Of a stretch of 64,000 nucleotides of DNA, positions 62,370 through 64,000 are shown in pieces (within the stretch, counting starts at the first letter, position 1; each line of letters opens with the position of its first letter). The stretch is from a virus (Duplodnaviria; Heunggongvirae; Uroviricota; Caudoviricetes). A program made the translations under genes and the position numbers. The notes beneath the pieces are model-generated. The model was not told the DNA's origin. It made no database searches and saw nothing but the letters and a program-made list of their open reading frames with translations. The DNA is taken from the IMG/VR virus record IMGVR_UViG_3300046542_000361; one strand, written 5' to 3'.

Positions 62370-63895
62370 GCGGCCTCTCTAAGTGCCTCGCCGGCCTTGT
62401 CGTCACGGAAGCGCACAGCGCGCGGGTGACGCAGCGAGCCGTCGGGCGTCACTTCGTTGAACTCGATCTCGAGCATTCGGCCGAGGAACTTGAAGCCGCG
62501 ATCGTGAACCGTTGCGATGCTGATGAAATAGCCCGGCTTGAAGCCGACCTTCGGATCGATACCGAGAATGGCCGCATCATGCTGCCAGTCCTCCCACAGC
62601 TGATCGCGGTCGTCACTCGACCATCCACCACCGACGCGCACGTTGACGCCTTTATGCCAGACGATCGCCCCGCCCATGCGGTTCTCGTTCTCGGCATTCT
62701 CCTCGCCGTTGAAGAAGCCGTTGATGAAGAGATCGATGGTCTCCTCGGGCTTGATCTTCTGCCAGAGGTGCGACTTCTTCTTTTCATAGGCGCCGTCGTA
62801 GGTCTTGACCATCGCACCTTCGAGGCCCTTCGGCTTGCCGGTCTGCTTATCGACCAGCACCTTGAGGAGTTCGGCTTCGACTTCGGCATCGCCACGGGCG
62901 ATATAGTTGGCGATCGTCTGATTGATCAGGCGCTCGTAGATCTCGGCGATTTCCTCGTGACTGTTTGCCTCGTAGATCGGCGTCATGAAGACCGGCGCCT
63001 GAGTGATCGATCGGACCTCGCTGACAAAGGTCGACAGCAGCTCGCGCCGCTTTTCATAAGGCACCTTGTAGGGTGTGTTGCCGAGGAAGCCGGAGAGCGG
63101 CAACAGGTCGAAGGATTCGAGCTGAGCGTCGTAAGCCTTCTCGCTCTTGCGCCGCATCGCGCCGGACGTCTCGAAGAGACCGTTAATCGCCTCGGTGTCG
63201 AGAACGAAGGTCGGGTGCTCGTTGGCACCATCGAAAAGAATTGTCACGACGTCACGGTAATGATCATCAAAATGATCACTACCCGCCATCTGGCTCATCG
63301 CAATGGCAGCATTGAGCAGCGGTGCGGCGAGATCCTGCAGTGCAGGAATAGCCTTGCCCGACCTGGTGAAGAAAGCTCCCTTCCCTTCTTTCGCGATAAA
63401 GGTCACGCGCATGCCATCGAGCTTCGGCTCGACCGCGACCGGGAATTGCGTCACGCGCTTTTCCTCGTAGGGATGAGCGCGCATCACGCCGAACGACGGC
63501 AGGAAGCCCGGCAGCACGGATTCGATCGTCGTGTTGGAGATCCCAGCCTTCAGATCCTTGTTGAGGATCAGGAAGAGGATCTCGCGGCCGGCGTCTTCGA
63601 GTTCCTCAAACAGGATTTCGATCGCGTCCTTGGCCGCCCTGCCCGAGAGTGTGCGCGTCGAGAGATCAATCAGCACATTCTCCACCATCGCGTCGGTAAA
63701 GAGGATGCGCGCTTCCTGCAGCTCCGGCACCTTCTTGACGGTAACGCCGTAAGTGATGAACGGGTCGTAGGTCCATTTCAGGATGAACTTGCCGAGATCA
63801 TCGGCAAGCAGCTTCTCGAGGCCGGCCTGTTTGTCCAGGCGGCCCGGCGAGTTAGCGATTTCGCGAATAAGCGAAAGGGCTTCGGTTGCGTTCAA
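62366..63895 (-). CDS. ATP-dependent DNA ligase
   Basis: Motif I KLDGMR (adenylylation lysine), motif IV EGAMVK, motif VI RHPRAVRFRDDK. RBS AAGGAGAAG. Confidence 0.85.
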   Translation of the reverse strand: MNATEALSLIREIANSPGRLDKQAGLEKLLADDLGKFILKWTYDPFITYGVTVKKVPELQEARILFTDAMVENVLIDLSTRTLSGRAAKDAIEILFEELEDAGREILFLILNKDLKAGISNTTIESVLPGFLPSFGVMRAHPYEEKRVTQFPVAVEPKLDGMRVTFIAKEGKGAFFTRSGKAIPALQDLAAPLLNAAIAMSQMAGSDHFDDHYRDVVTILFDGANEHPTFVLDTEAINGLFETSGAMRRKSEKAYDAQLESFDLLPLSGFLGNTPYKVPYEKRRELLSTFVSEVRSITQAPVFMTPIYEANSHEEIAEIYERLINQTIANYIARGDAEVEAELLKVLVDKQTGKPKGLEGAMVKTYDGAYEKKKSHLWQKIKPEETIDLFINGFFNGEENAENENRMGGAIVWHKGVNVRVGGGWSSDDRDQLWEDWQHDAAILGIDPKVGFKPGYFISIATVHDRGFKFLGRMLEIEFNEVTPDGSLRHPRAVRFRDDKAGEALREAA

Positions 63896-63905
63896 GGTCT
63901 TCTCC

Positions 63906-64000
63906 TTATGCTGCTGCGTTGATGGCCGCGGTCATGTCGCCGGTCATCGCTGCATGGTTGATGGTATTGTCTTGGGCAGGCTTAGCGGGACGAGCCGCAC
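63906..64000 (-). CDS. hypothetical protein, partial (3' end only); paralog of the 42609..42959 gene
   Basis: C-terminus …AARPAKPAQDNTINHAAMTGDMTAAINAAA* runs off the window end. Confidence 0.5.
   Translation of the reverse strand, partial: AARPAKPAQDNTINHAAMTGDMTAAINAAA

Overview
This 64 kb window reads as one contiguous stretch of a high-GC (about 60%) tailed dsDNA phage or prophage, most likely from an alphaproteobacterial host. Almost every gene is on the minus strand, in long translationally coupled operons (ATGA or TGATG stop-start overlaps); several of the listed six-frame ORFs begin with GTG or TTG.

Gene content is an early/middle region. Replication and recombination: DnaE-type polymerase, SbcC/SbcD, RecA/UvsX-like recombinase, gp32-like SSB, flap endonuclease, ATP-dependent DNA ligase, RuvC-like resolvase, DnaQ-like exonuclease. 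Nucleotide metabolism: class II RNR NrdJ, NrdH, ThyX, dUTPase, a P-loop kinase, two HD hydrolases. Putative host-takeover and counter-defence genes: an rIIA/rIIB-like pair, RtcB RNA ligase, a SpoT-like alarmone hydrolase, a sigma factor, a CobS/CobT-like AAA+/vWA pair. The rest is dozens of small hypothetical proteins (many of them Zn-ribbon proteins) and one tail fiber operon. A short plus-strand island at 60.2-62.1 kb carries an AT-rich origin-like region, a ribbon-helix-helix protein and a RepC-like initiator.

The features I think most deserve a second look are three. First, a dyad-symmetric 20-30 bp motif recurs about 20 times upstream of operon starts. Second, four unrelated small proteins share a C-terminal Y-x-x-[NH]-P-x-[FY]-G-R-F tail, three of them also conserved at the DNA level. 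Third, there is a 1 kb non-coding region with iteron-like TGTCAAC repeats.

No tRNA, CRISPR array or integrase is present. Coordinates taken from the ORF track are exact; the coordinates of the small genes, hairpins and motifs I located by hand are good to a few bases.
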